Of a DNA stretch of 64,000 bases, positions 1 to 9,170 are shown in pieces (within the stretch, counting starts at the first letter, position 1; each line of letters starts with the position of its first letter). Source of the stretch: a virus; IMG/VR virus record IMGVR_UViG_3300021964_000021, positions 55,142-119,141 of that record. One strand, written 5' to 3'. The notes under the pieces are model-generated. The model was not told the DNA's origin and did not search any database. It saw only the letters and a list, made by a program, of their open reading frames with translations. Position numbers and translations under genes: made by a program.

Positions 1-2348
1 AGGGATCTGGAGACATAACCTCCAGATCCTTTTTTATATGGCATGATATCTTCTAAGTCATTGAATAGCATACCAAGATACTCTTTTTTAAGAACATATA
101 TTTGTCTTTTTTCGCTTTCTTTTTTATCTTCGTACTGATAATTTGTTATAGGTACAGAAGATAATCTGCCATTAATTTCAGTCAATTCATCTGCTACTTC
201 ATCAAAGTAGACAGTCCCGAATGTTATTCTTCTTCTCCAATTGAATCCATCAAACTTCCATTCTTGACCATTTCTCTCATATACTTCATCTACTTGTGGT
301 GTATATGTTGGTCCTGGTTTACTGAAGAAGAGTTCTGGCATTGAATTATAACCTCTTCCAGGATTTGTCAATGTAATTTCTTTTACTCCTCCATTCTCTG
401 TTTTTAAGACTGCTTCGGCAGTAATTGGAGGTAATGGATTTTCTACAGTTGCAATTGGTGCAGTTCTATAATTGTATCCACGGTCTTGTATTACAACCTG
501 GTTTACGGAACCATTGACAATCGTAACATAACCCTTTGCAGTTCTATGTGGGATTGGTGGTTGAATTACTATCGATGGTAGTGGTGCGGTTGTATATCCA
601 GATCCAGGTTTTGTGACTGTAATATCAACAATTGTCTCTGCTCTAGTTCCGACACCCACAGTTGCAGTTGCTTTTGCAGTAACATCAGTATCATATGTGT
701 AGATTCTTCTGTTAATTGAACCACCAATGAAGAATAAAGTTTCAAAGGGATTTGTAAATACATCTAATGGTGTTGAATCTCCACTAGCAGCTTGAACGTT
801 TAATACGCCAAGTAAAGATAGTGCAGAAAGATCCCAAGCAGTACCTAATGTAATTACGAACGTTGAGTTGTTATCCGTACCACTAACATACATTTTTGTG
901 CCATCATCTTTAAAAGAGAAACCACGAATTGATGATTCTGTTGGTTGGCATATTACGGATATATTTGCTGTTTGTACTGGAAGTGGGAAGATGGAAGTTA
1001 TATCCCAAGGAACAGTACATTCATATTTTTTGATTGTGTCTGGATCTTGAGTATCAAGAACAAACATATGATCGCCATTATCTTGGAATCTAACTCCTGC
1101 CAGCGCAGGGAAGCTAACGTTACCTGCCAATGTTGCTGTGAGTACATCCCATGGAGTACTTAAGTCATACTGAGCAATTTTATTACCAGAATTGGTTAGA
1201 CCACTAACATACATCCTTGTGCCATCTGGTTTAAATTCAACGCCAGTAGCATATGTGAAGTTAAGACCACCAGTATTTAAGGTAAGTACATTTACTTGAG
1301 AGGCAGTATTTGGATCGTAACCACTGCTCATCTCATATTGTTCAATCGTTCCTTGAGTATAAGAATTTGCACCATGAGCAGTGTAGAAGTAAGTACCTGC
1401 AGGATCCATGTACCAACCTTCAAAACCACCATCAACAGTTACGCTACCGTTATTAACAAAAACAGCACTCTCAATGACATTTGGTGGGGGTGGGAAGGTA
1501 ACTATAGGCGTGAATGTATATCCATCACCTGCAGATGTAATGCCAACACTTTGAATTGTTCCACCAGCACCGATCACTGCTTCAAGAACTGCAGGAACCG
1601 TTGGAGGAGGCTCACTGAATGTTAACAATGGTTGGAATGTATAACCAGTTCCTGCATCAACGACAGTTATAGTTCCAATCTCTCTATCATCTGGTGGGAC
1701 ATTGAGTGTAGTGGTAATTGTTGCTAATCTTGGATTTGGTGGATCTGCAAATGTCACCTCTGCAAATGCTGTATATCCTGTTCCTGGATTAGTAACTGTT
1801 ACTGTCTTAACTTCACCACTAACTGGATCATATGTACCTGTTCCTGTTGCAAAATCTCCAGGAATTTCTGATGGTAAAATTACACTTGTGTCTAACTCAA
1901 TCTCATATTCTGGTGCATTGAAGAATCCTTCATTGACTTCAACACCACCTTCTAAGATTACATATCCATTTCTGGATTTAGTTTGAATGGTTTCATAATG
2001 ATGAATACCATTATATAATGTATTATAATCCCCATACTTTTCTATAAGGTGCTTATCAAAAGAATATTGTGTTTTTGGCCATTCTTCATATACATTATGA
2101 ACATTATTTGATAAGAGAACCACCCAATCTAAAGAAGAATCTCCATACAACTTATCAGCAACCTGATCTGGTCGTTCATCACCAACGATAGTATACTTAT
2201 TGAAGTAACTTATGCTTTGAAATATATCTTCTCTTATTTTGGCACGCTTAAATAAGTTCTTTGTGACTGTGTAGTCATTCAAAGAATTATTCTCAAGATC
2301 TCTTGAGATATATGCAATGCTTGGAACGTGGGTAAAGTAATTTGCCAT
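1..2348 (-). CDS. gp53: Baseplate wedge protein gp53-like with a large internal insertion (3' end runs just off the window)
   Basis: Not in the ORF track because it has no stop in the window. Manual translation from ATG at 2348 gives MANYFTHVPSIAYISRDL...KNLFKRAKIREDIF...YTIVGDERPDQVADKLYGDSSLDWVVLLSNN...EEWP, and at the far end ITNYQYEDKKESEKRQIYVLKKEYL...DIMPYKKGSGGYVSRS. These are typical cyanophage gp53 termini; the gene sits next to gp48. Confidence 0.85.
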   Translation of the reverse strand, partial: MANYFTHVPSIAYISRDLENNSLNDYTVTKNLFKRAKIREDIFQSISYFNKYTIVGDERPDQVADKLYGDSSLDWVVLLSNNVHNVYEEWPKTQYSFDKHLIEKYGDYNTLYNGIHHYETIQTKSRNGYVILEGGVEVNEGFFNAPEYEIELDTSVILPSEIPGDFATGTGTYDPVSGEVKTVTVTNPGTGYTAFAEVTFADPPNPRLATITTTLNVPPDDREIGTITVVDAGTGYTFQPLLTFSEPPPTVPAVLEAVIGAGGTIQSVGITSAGDGYTFTPIVTFPPPPNVIESAVFVNNGSVTVDGGFEGWYMDPAGTYFYTAHGANSYTQGTIEQYEMSSGYDPNTASQVNVLTLNTGGLNFTYATGVEFKPDGTRMYVSGLTNSGNKIAQYDLSTPWDVLTATLAGNVSFPALAGVRFQDNGDHMFVLDTQDPDTIKKYECTVPWDITSIFPLPVQTANISVICQPTESSIRGFSFKDDGTKMYVSGTDNNSTFVITLGTAWDLSALSLLGVLNVQAASGDSTPLDVFTNPFETLFFIGGSINRRIYTYDTDVTAKATATVGVGTRAETIVDITVTKPGSGYTTAPLPSIVIQPPIPHRTAKGYVTIVNGSVNQVVIQDRGYNYRTAPIATVENPLPPITAEAVLKTENGGVKEITLTNPGRGYNSMPELFFSKPGPTYTPQVDEVYERNGQEWKFDGFNWRRRITFGTVYFDEVADELTEINGRLSSVPITNYQYEDKKESEKRQIYVLKKEYLGMLFNDLEDIMPYKKGSGGYVSRS

Positions 2349-2351
2349 TTA

Positions 2352-3764
2352 TCAGTATCCGATTGGGTGTTCAGCGTTAGTTCCTTCGTTATAATCTTTA
2401 GCATATATTGGAACGAGTTCCATGAATTGCAGTTGTAAATCATATGAGAACATGGAACCGTCGTCATATCTCATATACGTTCCATCTGGCGTATAGTCTA
2501 CGGTACATGCTTGTAAAGCACAGTCCTTAATAAGATTTATACCAGAGTGCTGTTGACCACCCTTAAAGTATTCAATTCTGAAAATATTTGGTGCTTTTAA
2601 GAATAAGTTTGCATCACTAGTTTTTGGTGCCATGTGGAATTTGAAGAATTTGATGATACTCTTCACTATGGCTGCTTCTGTTGATGATCTTGGAGTTAAC
2701 TTAAAGTTAAAAGAAAATGCTCTTAACTGAGGACCTTGGAACAGAAGTTCTGTATTTGGGTTGAGGATTGCCCTCTCAGTTCTTCCTATAACATTAGATC
2801 CCACTGCTTGACCTGCCATTGCAGTCTTAATGGCAGTCTTTGCTGGACCAGAATTGCTACTTAAAGTTCTAGCTTGATCAAGAAGGGTATTTACAGCAGC
2901 ACTAACACCCTTTCCAATAAATTCTGTTGCAATCTCCGCTCCAGCAGCTTGTAAGACGTTCATAGTGTCTTCATTCCATCCAACTGCATTGGAATCTTGA
3001 ATGCCACCTTGAATTGGAAGTTGTACGCTTTGCCCAAGTGATGTTCCACTTTGATATGATGTACCAAAGGAACCACCTGAAGTGTTTAGTGTTCCTGGCA
3101 AGTATTTTAGTGCGGTAAATTTCATATAATCGGATTCATTACCTATTGCACCTTCTGGATAAACTAAATCACTTTTTCCTGCGGCAAAACTTTTTACTGT
3201 CTCTTGATTTGCTGCTGAACTTACAGTGAGTCCGTTTAAAGATCCATCACCAGTAACAGGTTCTGTTTCTCCATCTCCACCACTTGGGTTTTCTGGATTG
3301 TCTGGCGGTATTGGCGTCTCTGGTTTTTCACCTTTTGCTTCTGCAACTTGTGCTGGCGTAAATGTTCCGTCTCTAGACGTTTGTTTTAAAGCACTTTTTA
3401 CTGTATAGTCTACAACGTTCTCAAAAGTTGCTTGAGCGGTGTCCTCTTGCAATCTTTTTACTAAACTCTCATTAAGATTACCTGATGCATATTCGGTAGG
3501 AAGGAATGTACCATCAGGTCCTTTAACTGCTATTGCCTTATCTGGATCTATTCTTTGTAGAGCTCCAATAATATAAGTTCTTTCGTATATTGTTTGTTTT
3601 TTTGTTACTGGGTCAATTACAACTGAATAGTTTATCTCCTTACCGTCTGATGACGAAAGTTTATGTGGTGGGGAAGTGTGAACTGTATTTTGGCCCTCAT
3701 TAGAATTATATGTACCAAAAATAAACGTTGAATTTGCAGATTCAACTTTTGCTGGTGTTGGCAT
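2352..3764 (-). CDS. gp48: Baseplate tail-tube cap gp48-like
   Basis: C-terminal ILNPNTELLFQGPQLRAFSFNFKLTPRS...FLKAPNIF...CALQACTVDYTPDG...LQFMELVPIY; synteny with gp53/gp2/gp4. Confidence 0.85.
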   Translation of the reverse strand: MPTPAKVESANSTFIFGTYNSNEGQNTVHTSPPHKLSSSDGKEINYSVVIDPVTKKQTIYERTYIIGALQRIDPDKAIAVKGPDGTFLPTEYASGNLNESLVKRLQEDTAQATFENVVDYTVKSALKQTSRDGTFTPAQVAEAKGEKPETPIPPDNPENPSGGDGETEPVTGDGSLNGLTVSSAANQETVKSFAAGKSDLVYPEGAIGNESDYMKFTALKYLPGTLNTSGGSFGTSYQSGTSLGQSVQLPIQGGIQDSNAVGWNEDTMNVLQAAGAEIATEFIGKGVSAAVNTLLDQARTLSSNSGPAKTAIKTAMAGQAVGSNVIGRTERAILNPNTELLFQGPQLRAFSFNFKLTPRSSTEAAIVKSIIKFFKFHMAPKTSDANLFLKAPNIFRIEYFKGGQQHSGINLIKDCALQACTVDYTPDGTYMRYDDGSMFSYDLQLQFMELVPIYAKDYNEGTNAEHPIGY

Positions 3765-3769
3765 GTTAA

Positions 3770-4402
3770 TTAACCTTTAAAATCTTCATCGTTTGATCCA
3801 TATCCTTTATATATTAGTGCTCCACGGAGCATCTTCCTAAAGGATCTGTTATTATTCTTCCAAACGTCTGTAATATTAATAGAGCGAGATTTGCCGTCTT
3901 TAATATTAACGAAGTCTTCTATTGGTAAATTAGAAGCGGATGTCCACTCAGACCTAGCAACGTCTAGCAACAGACCTTTAATTTGACTTATATTATATTT
4001 AGATACTGAATTATAAGGTAATGTTAATTTGTTGCGTCTTAAATTTTCAACGACTATCCCTCTTTTAAGTGGATGAATGTAATGAAGATTACATCCTAAA
4101 AAAGAAGTTCCCTCAACTTTAATTACAAATACTAGTGGAAATGGGTCAAATACAGATACATTATCTTTTTCAGAGGAATATTCAAACATAAAGAGATGTC
4201 CCTGTTTTGGGAATCTTCTGATCATATTGTCATCTGGATCATCACTGGTGCGATCTTTCATCTCATCTCTGATAAGACGTTGTGGATCTGCTGCATATTT
4301 TTTTGATAGTCTCCTGAATGCTTTTCTGTAAAAGAATGGAGATCTACCAGGTTCTACATCAACTTCCTGTCTTAAATCTTCAAAAAGAGTATTCTTAGAC
4401 AT
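3770..4402 (-). CDS. gp2: DNA end protector gp2-like
   Basis: GHLFMFEY...FDPFPLVFV...FLGCNLHYI motif; position between gp4 and gp48. Confidence 0.6.
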   Translation of the reverse strand: MSKNTLFEDLRQEVDVEPGRSPFFYRKAFRRLSKKYAADPQRLIRDEMKDRTSDDPDDNMIRRFPKQGHLFMFEYSSEKDNVSVFDPFPLVFVIKVEGTSFLGCNLHYIHPLKRGIVVENLRRNKLTLPYNSVSKYNISQIKGLLLDVARSEWTSASNLPIEDFVNIKDGKSRSINITDVWKNNNRSFRKMLRGALIYKGYGSNDEDFKG

Positions 4403-4848
4403 TACTTGATTCCTAGTTCGTCTTCGGTTATAATTTTAAATTCAAGTCGTCTATCCTTACACCATTCTGTTGCTGCCTTCCATTTGGCTTTGTTCACTTC
4501 ATATGTCTTTGCTTCATAGATGAAGGATTTAGTCACTTTTTTAGACTTTCTCTCAGGTGGTTTAGTTTGTTTTTTAGGTTTTACTTCAACCACATATGTT
4601 TTTGTAGATCCATTTTTTTCTTTGACTTTTATAAGAAAGTCTGGGAAGTAACGATGAACTCTACCATCAATTGGCGATACATATGGAATACAAAACTCCT
4701 CACTTGCCCACTCTAAGATATTCTCATTAAGGTCACACCAAGCACAGAATCTACGCTCCCAACTACTTCTACAAATAATATTGTTGGGGTTACCCTTGTA
4801 TTTTTTGGGGAACGATGGGCGGTATCTACTTTTAATACTTTCGCTCAT
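4402..4848 (-). CDS. gp4: Head completion nuclease gp4 (TnsA-like fold)
   Basis: KYKGNPNNIICRSSWERRFC...WASEE...IPYVSPIDGRVHRYFPDF...EVKP...NKAKWKAA...FKIITEDELG. Confidence 0.92.
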   Translation of the reverse strand: MSESIKSRYRPSFPKKYKGNPNNIICRSSWERRFCAWCDLNENILEWASEEFCIPYVSPIDGRVHRYFPDFLIKVKEKNGSTKTYVVEVKPKKQTKPPERKSKKVTKSFIYEAKTYEVNKAKWKAATEWCKDRRLEFKIITEDELGIK

Positions 4849-4891
4849 AAACTTGGCTACATATAATATAGGGATCCTTAAACTTATTTAG

Positions 4892-5701
4892 ATGGCAAAT
4901 CCTATCAATCCTGGCGTTAAGATGACGGACTTAAAGTCCAAAATAATGCGACCCTCTTTGTCATCTGTTTATGGCGTAGTGGTTAAAACGCCAAAAGGTT
5001 TTAAATTTGATGGATTTGAATCTGGTGGACAGGAGCTACTTGAATTAACTTGTGTGGAAGCTACTCTTCCAGGATCCAGTCTTGGGACAATAGAAACTAA
5101 TAGAGATTTTCGTGGAGTTATCGAGAGGCACGCATATTCAAAATTATATGATGAAACTATTGATTTCACCTTTATGGTGACAATGGATCCAGGTAATAAT
5201 TCTCAAAAATCATACTTACAGATCAAGTTTTTTGAGGCTTGGATGAGATATATTGTTGGGGAGGACGTAGGAGATAAAGCATTACAAAAACCAACATTTC
5301 AATCTACTCTAAGATATCCACAAGATTATCAGGCACCTCTTGCTATTGTTAAATTTGAGAAAGATTTGGGTTTTGGACTTGAATCTAAACAAAACATACT
5401 AGTATATGAGTTTGTCCAAGCATTCCCTAAAGCAATTAGTTCTGTTCCAGTTAGTTATGAGGGATCTAATGTCTTAAAAACTACAGTATCCTTTACTTAT
5501 ACTAGATACTTTATTTCTGAAGTTGCAGATAAGGAAGATGTAAAATATGCACCACCATCACTTGTATTTAATCCATGGGATTTCAATTCAACGAAAAATT
5601 TATATAATAGATCTGGATTGGATTTAGATATTTTCAACTCTAATCCTGGTGCTTCATTATTTGGAGAGTCTTCATTCCCAATATTCAGAACTACTGAATA
5701 A
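4892..5701 (+). CDS. Baseplate/tail-tube initiator (gp54/gp19-like)
   Basis: CVEATLPGSSL...FFEAWMRYI...YEFVQAFPKAISSVPVSY...TVSFTYTRY tube-fold motifs; divergent from gp4 and upstream of gp26. Confidence 0.7.
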   Translation: MANPINPGVKMTDLKSKIMRPSLSSVYGVVVKTPKGFKFDGFESGGQELLELTCVEATLPGSSLGTIETNRDFRGVIERHAYSKLYDETIDFTFMVTMDPGNNSQKSYLQIKFFEAWMRYIVGEDVGDKALQKPTFQSTLRYPQDYQAPLAIVKFEKDLGFGLESKQNILVYEFVQAFPKAISSVPVSYEGSNVLKTTVSFTYTRYFISEVADKEDVKYAPPSLVFNPWDFNSTKNLYNRSGLDLDIFNSNPGASLFGESSFPIFRTTE

Positions 5702-5705
5702 CCCC

Positions 5706-5712
5706 ATAAATA
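5706..5712 (+). promoter_or_regulatory. T4-type late promoter ATAAATA
   Basis: ATAAATA about 20 nt upstream of the gp26 start. Confidence 0.6.
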
Positions 5713-5733
5713 AACACATGAATTGATAAGTTT

Positions 5734-6453
5734 ATGCCATTACCTACTATAGCAGCCCCAACTTATGATCTGGTTCTTCCTTCCACTGGAGAAGAGTTGC
5801 AGTTCAGACCATTCTTGGTAAGAGAGGAAAAACTTCTTGTTCTTGCCTTGGAAAGTGAAGATCCGAAACAAATCACTACAGCAATTAAGACCGTAATTAC
5901 AAATTGTATTTTGACAAAGGGAGTAAAAGTAGAGACTCTTCCTACTTTTGATATTGAATATCTCTTCTTGAACATTCGTGGTAAGTCTGTAGGTGAAGAG
6001 ATTGAAGTAAATGTTCTTTGTCCAGATGATGAAGAGACTTATGTCCCAGTGACTATTAATATTGATGATATTAAGGTCAAGAAGTCGGAGGGTCATGATA
6101 GATTGATTAAGATTGATAGTACCATTGCTATGGAGATGAAGTATCCATCTTTAGAGCAATTTATCAAGAGTAATTTTGATTTCTCTGGTGAGAATAATGT
6201 TGAACAGTCATTTGATTTGATCGCTACTTGTATCAGTCAGATTCTTACTGAAGAAGAAACTTGGGATCTTGATTCTGTTCCTAAAAGTGAAGTTACTGCA
6301 TTCTTAGATCAAATGAATTCTAATCAGTTCAAACTGATTGAGAAGTTTTTTGAAACTATGCCCAAGTTGTCACATGAGATTGAAGTTACCAATCCAAAAA
6401 CTAAAGTAAAAAGTACAGTCTTATTGGAAGGATTGTCGAGTTTTTTCGCATAG
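5734..6453 (+). CDS. gp26: Baseplate hub assembly chaperone gp26
   Basis: MPLPTIAAPTYDLVLPSTG...FRPFLVREEKLL...LPTFDIEYLFLNIRGKSVGE...CPDD...FFETMPKL...LEGLSSFF. Confidence 0.92.
   Translation: MPLPTIAAPTYDLVLPSTGEELQFRPFLVREEKLLVLALESEDPKQITTAIKTVITNCILTKGVKVETLPTFDIEYLFLNIRGKSVGEEIEVNVLCPDDEETYVPVTINIDDIKVKKSEGHDRLIKIDSTIAMEMKYPSLEQFIKSNFDFSGENNVEQSFDLIATCISQILTEEETWDLDSVPKSEVTAFLDQMNSNQFKLIEKFFETMPKLSHEIEVTNPKTKVKSTVLLEGLSSFFA
6441..6447 (+). other. Putative -1 programmed ribosomal frameshift site T TTT TTC joining gp26 to gp51
   Basis: X XXY YYZ heptamer correctly phased in the last codons of gp26 (AGT TTT TTC GCA TAG); the -1 frame is open into the gp51 ORF. Confidence 0.6.
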
Positions 6454-6464
6454 CCCTCTCCCAT

Positions 6465-6638
6465 ATGGATTTGGAGAACTACTATAAGTTAAACTTTGCT
6501 TTGCTCCAGTACCATAAATACTCATTAACTGAGGTAGAGAATCTAATTCCATGGGAGCGGGAAGTTTATGTTGCATTGTTGAAGGCTCATTTGGAAGAGG
6601 AAAAACTCAAAGCGCAACAAGCAAATAATAGTAACTAA
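6465..6638 (+). CDS. gp51: Short gp51-like baseplate hub assembly catalyst ORF (57 aa; possibly the frameshift extension of gp26)
   Basis: Manual translation MDLENYYKLNFALLQYHKYSLTEVENLIPWEREVYVALLKAHLEEEKLKAQQANNSN; below the ORF-track cutoff. Confidence 0.85.
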   Translation: MDLENYYKLNFALLQYHKYSLTEVENLIPWEREVYVALLKAHLEEEKLKAQQANNSN

Positions 6639-9169
6639 TGGCGAGAACACCAACATTTATTCGCGAATTTGTACCATACTCCACAGTTAAGCAGAACGAG
6701 CTTAAGTGGAGTAGTTATGCTGCCAGCCGTATTTCTTACAATAGAAATCTTCTTGCTCGCGAATTTGGTGTAGATCCAGATAAAGTATATTCAACTTTTG
6801 CAAGGAATTTTAAGAAGCATACAAAAGATTTTCCTTTAGCAGCAGTAGATACTGGAACAGAGAAGAATAAGGCAGATTATGAGAAGCAGGAGCAGTATGT
6901 TCTGTTCTTGTGGAATTATTATGTTGTAGATAAACCGAAAAAGGTAAGTTTACCTAAGAAACCAAAAGAGACTACGGTACAAAAACCTAAGGTAGAGGAT
7001 TCTTATGACGAACAAGAGGTAGATCCAGATAACCCTTATGCTGGTGATACTGATGACCCTCCAATGATTGCGGAGATGAGTCGTGTTAAACCAAAAAAGG
7101 GTGGTGCATTAAAAAAACCAAAAGCAACAGTATCAAAAACATATGTACCAGCGGGACCATCAAAAGATGATCTTCTTGGTGATGCTGCAGAAGAGATTGA
7201 TCCAAGGATAGCAGAACTTCTTGGATTGGAAGATGGTTTTGATTTCAGTTATGATGATTATCTTACAATGTTAAAAGAGTGGCAAGTTGCTGCTCGAATG
7301 ACAGATAGCAAGGTATCTACTGAAGATTCCATGCTGATTGACGAGGAGAGGAAGAGAGTAAGAAGTAAGACTGGCAAATTTAAGGTAAATGTAAAGAGAG
7401 TTGATAAAACAACAACAAAACCTGCAACAAAACCAACCAGTGGTATGGTTGGAAGTGGTCCAGAAAAACAGCAACTTCTTCTTGCTCCTGGAGAAGATAG
7501 TAAGAAGAAGAGGAAGCGTAAAGCATCTCTTGAAGAGAATGTTGCTGCGATAAGAAAGTCTGTTGAGAAGATATTCAAAGTTCTGAATGGTCAATTTGAG
7601 GCTATAAAAAAGAAGTCAGAACTTGATAGACGTAATAAACAAAAAGAGAAGAGAAGAAAGAAGGAGAGTGCTTTAGAGGGAGCTGGAAAGTTTATGATGA
7701 ATCAGGCAATGAAACTTGCCGCTCCTACGTTTGATTTGTTAGACAGATTATTTAAATTCATCGGAACTATTTTACTCGGAAGAGTAATGATCAAGTTGCT
7801 TGAGTGGTTGGCAGATCCAAAAAATCGGGAGAAAGTTGAGTCACTGGGAAGATTCTTACAAGATTGGTGGCCAGTATTATTATCTGCATTTGTTCTGTTT
7901 GCAACTCCATTAGGTGCATTGATTCGGTCTGTTCTTGCAGGAGTAGTGAAACTGTCTATGTTTATGGCAAAGAAGGCAATTCCAGGTCTTCTTAAATTTG
8001 CTAGAGCACATCCTCTTGCAGCAGCTGCTACGGTAGTTGTTGGTGGTGCAGCAATTGGTGGCATCATGCAATCTCAAACACAATCAAATGATCCTGAGAG
8101 AGCAAAAGACGGTAAGACTCAGTTAGATGATACTCTAGAGTTTGGTGGCGCTACTGGAGATCCCATGAGTGTATTGGGTACTATGTCTGGCGGTGGTCGA
8201 GTTCCAAGATACTCTAGAGGTGGAGGGGTTCAAAGAAATAGAAGAACTATGCCATCTGGTGGAAAGGTAACACATTCCACTGGTAAGAGAGTTAGGGGTG
8301 CAGGAAAAGATACTCAGATGATTGTTGCTCAACCTGGTGAGATTGTAATGTCTAAACCAGCAGTTGATAAGATTGGAGCACCCTTCCTCCTTGGTCTTAA
8401 CAAGATGGGTGGTGGGACAAACCAACCAACATATTCTAAAATGGGAGATATTCAATTTGCTCAGGGTGGTGGACAAATTGGAGTTAATATTAATGATAAT
8501 TTAAATAATTTAAGTATACAGGAGTTAAGTAAGTTATTAGATCCAACAGAACCAGGTGCAAGAAGACCTCACGTATTCAGAGCAGCAAGAGAAGCAAGGC
8601 AAAGATATTCTGCTGCTCCAAGAGAAGAAATAGAAAGACAGGCATTAATTGCAACTATTCGTGCTGTTAGATCTCCAGAACCACAACAATCATCTAGATC
8701 TCCCCTATCGTCTTCCACATCAAGAAGAGAATCGACATCTGGTACTTCTATGGCAGGAGCGATGACTGGACGTAGAACCTCTCCACCCCCATCTTCACCT
8801 TCACCTCAAATGCAAACTCAGGAAAGTGAGAGTGATTCTGAAATGGGTGTACAAGGTCCTGGTAATATGTTATCGAGTTCTGCGGGAGCAGCGCCATTTT
8901 CTGGTGTCATACCAAAACCAACGAAACCACCATCAGCAACACCTAAACCTCCCCCAGCAATGCTAGGTAAAGGTAATTTGCCTCCTACTCCAGAAGCACC
9001 AACACCTCAGGTTAGTGTTATGGCATCATCTAATGTTGTTGATTCTGGAGGTAAACGTGCTCCTGGATCCACTGGTGCTAGAGATTTACCCACAGATTTT
9101 CAGGCATTCTATCAAACAGAATTGAGGATTCAGATGCTTGCTATCTATGGAATCACTGAGGTAGAGTAA
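6638..9169 (+). CDS. Tape-measure/baseplate hub-like protein (paralog 1)
   Basis: 843 aa directly after gp26/gp51; charged coiled-coil, hydrophobic helices, GGG..GAGKDTQMIVAQPGEIVM motif, Pro/Ser-rich C-terminus. Confidence 0.55.
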   Translation: MARTPTFIREFVPYSTVKQNELKWSSYAASRISYNRNLLAREFGVDPDKVYSTFARNFKKHTKDFPLAAVDTGTEKNKADYEKQEQYVLFLWNYYVVDKPKKVSLPKKPKETTVQKPKVEDSYDEQEVDPDNPYAGDTDDPPMIAEMSRVKPKKGGALKKPKATVSKTYVPAGPSKDDLLGDAAEEIDPRIAELLGLEDGFDFSYDDYLTMLKEWQVAARMTDSKVSTEDSMLIDEERKRVRSKTGKFKVNVKRVDKTTTKPATKPTSGMVGSGPEKQQLLLAPGEDSKKKRKRKASLEENVAAIRKSVEKIFKVLNGQFEAIKKKSELDRRNKQKEKRRKKESALEGAGKFMMNQAMKLAAPTFDLLDRLFKFIGTILLGRVMIKLLEWLADPKNREKVESLGRFLQDWWPVLLSAFVLFATPLGALIRSVLAGVVKLSMFMAKKAIPGLLKFARAHPLAAAATVVVGGAAIGGIMQSQTQSNDPERAKDGKTQLDDTLEFGGATGDPMSVLGTMSGGGRVPRYSRGGGVQRNRRTMPSGGKVTHSTGKRVRGAGKDTQMIVAQPGEIVMSKPAVDKIGAPFLLGLNKMGGGTNQPTYSKMGDIQFAQGGGQIGVNINDNLNNLSIQELSKLLDPTEPGARRPHVFRAAREARQRYSAAPREEIERQALIATIRAVRSPEPQQSSRSPLSSSTSRRESTSGTSMAGAMTGRRTSPPPSSPSPQMQTQESESDSEMGVQGPGNMLSSSAGAAPFSGVIPKPTKPPSATPKPPPAMLGKGNLPPTPEAPTPQVSVMASSNVVDSGGKRAPGSTGARDLPTDFQAFYQTELRIQMLAIYGITEVE

Positions 9170-9170
9170 G

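Noticed and set aside
569-2467. Short ORFs in the track (569-763, 868-1050, 945-1163, 1296-1625, 1702-1986, 2279-2467)
   Set aside because: Shadow frames of the long minus-strand gp53-like gene, which the track missed because it runs off the window
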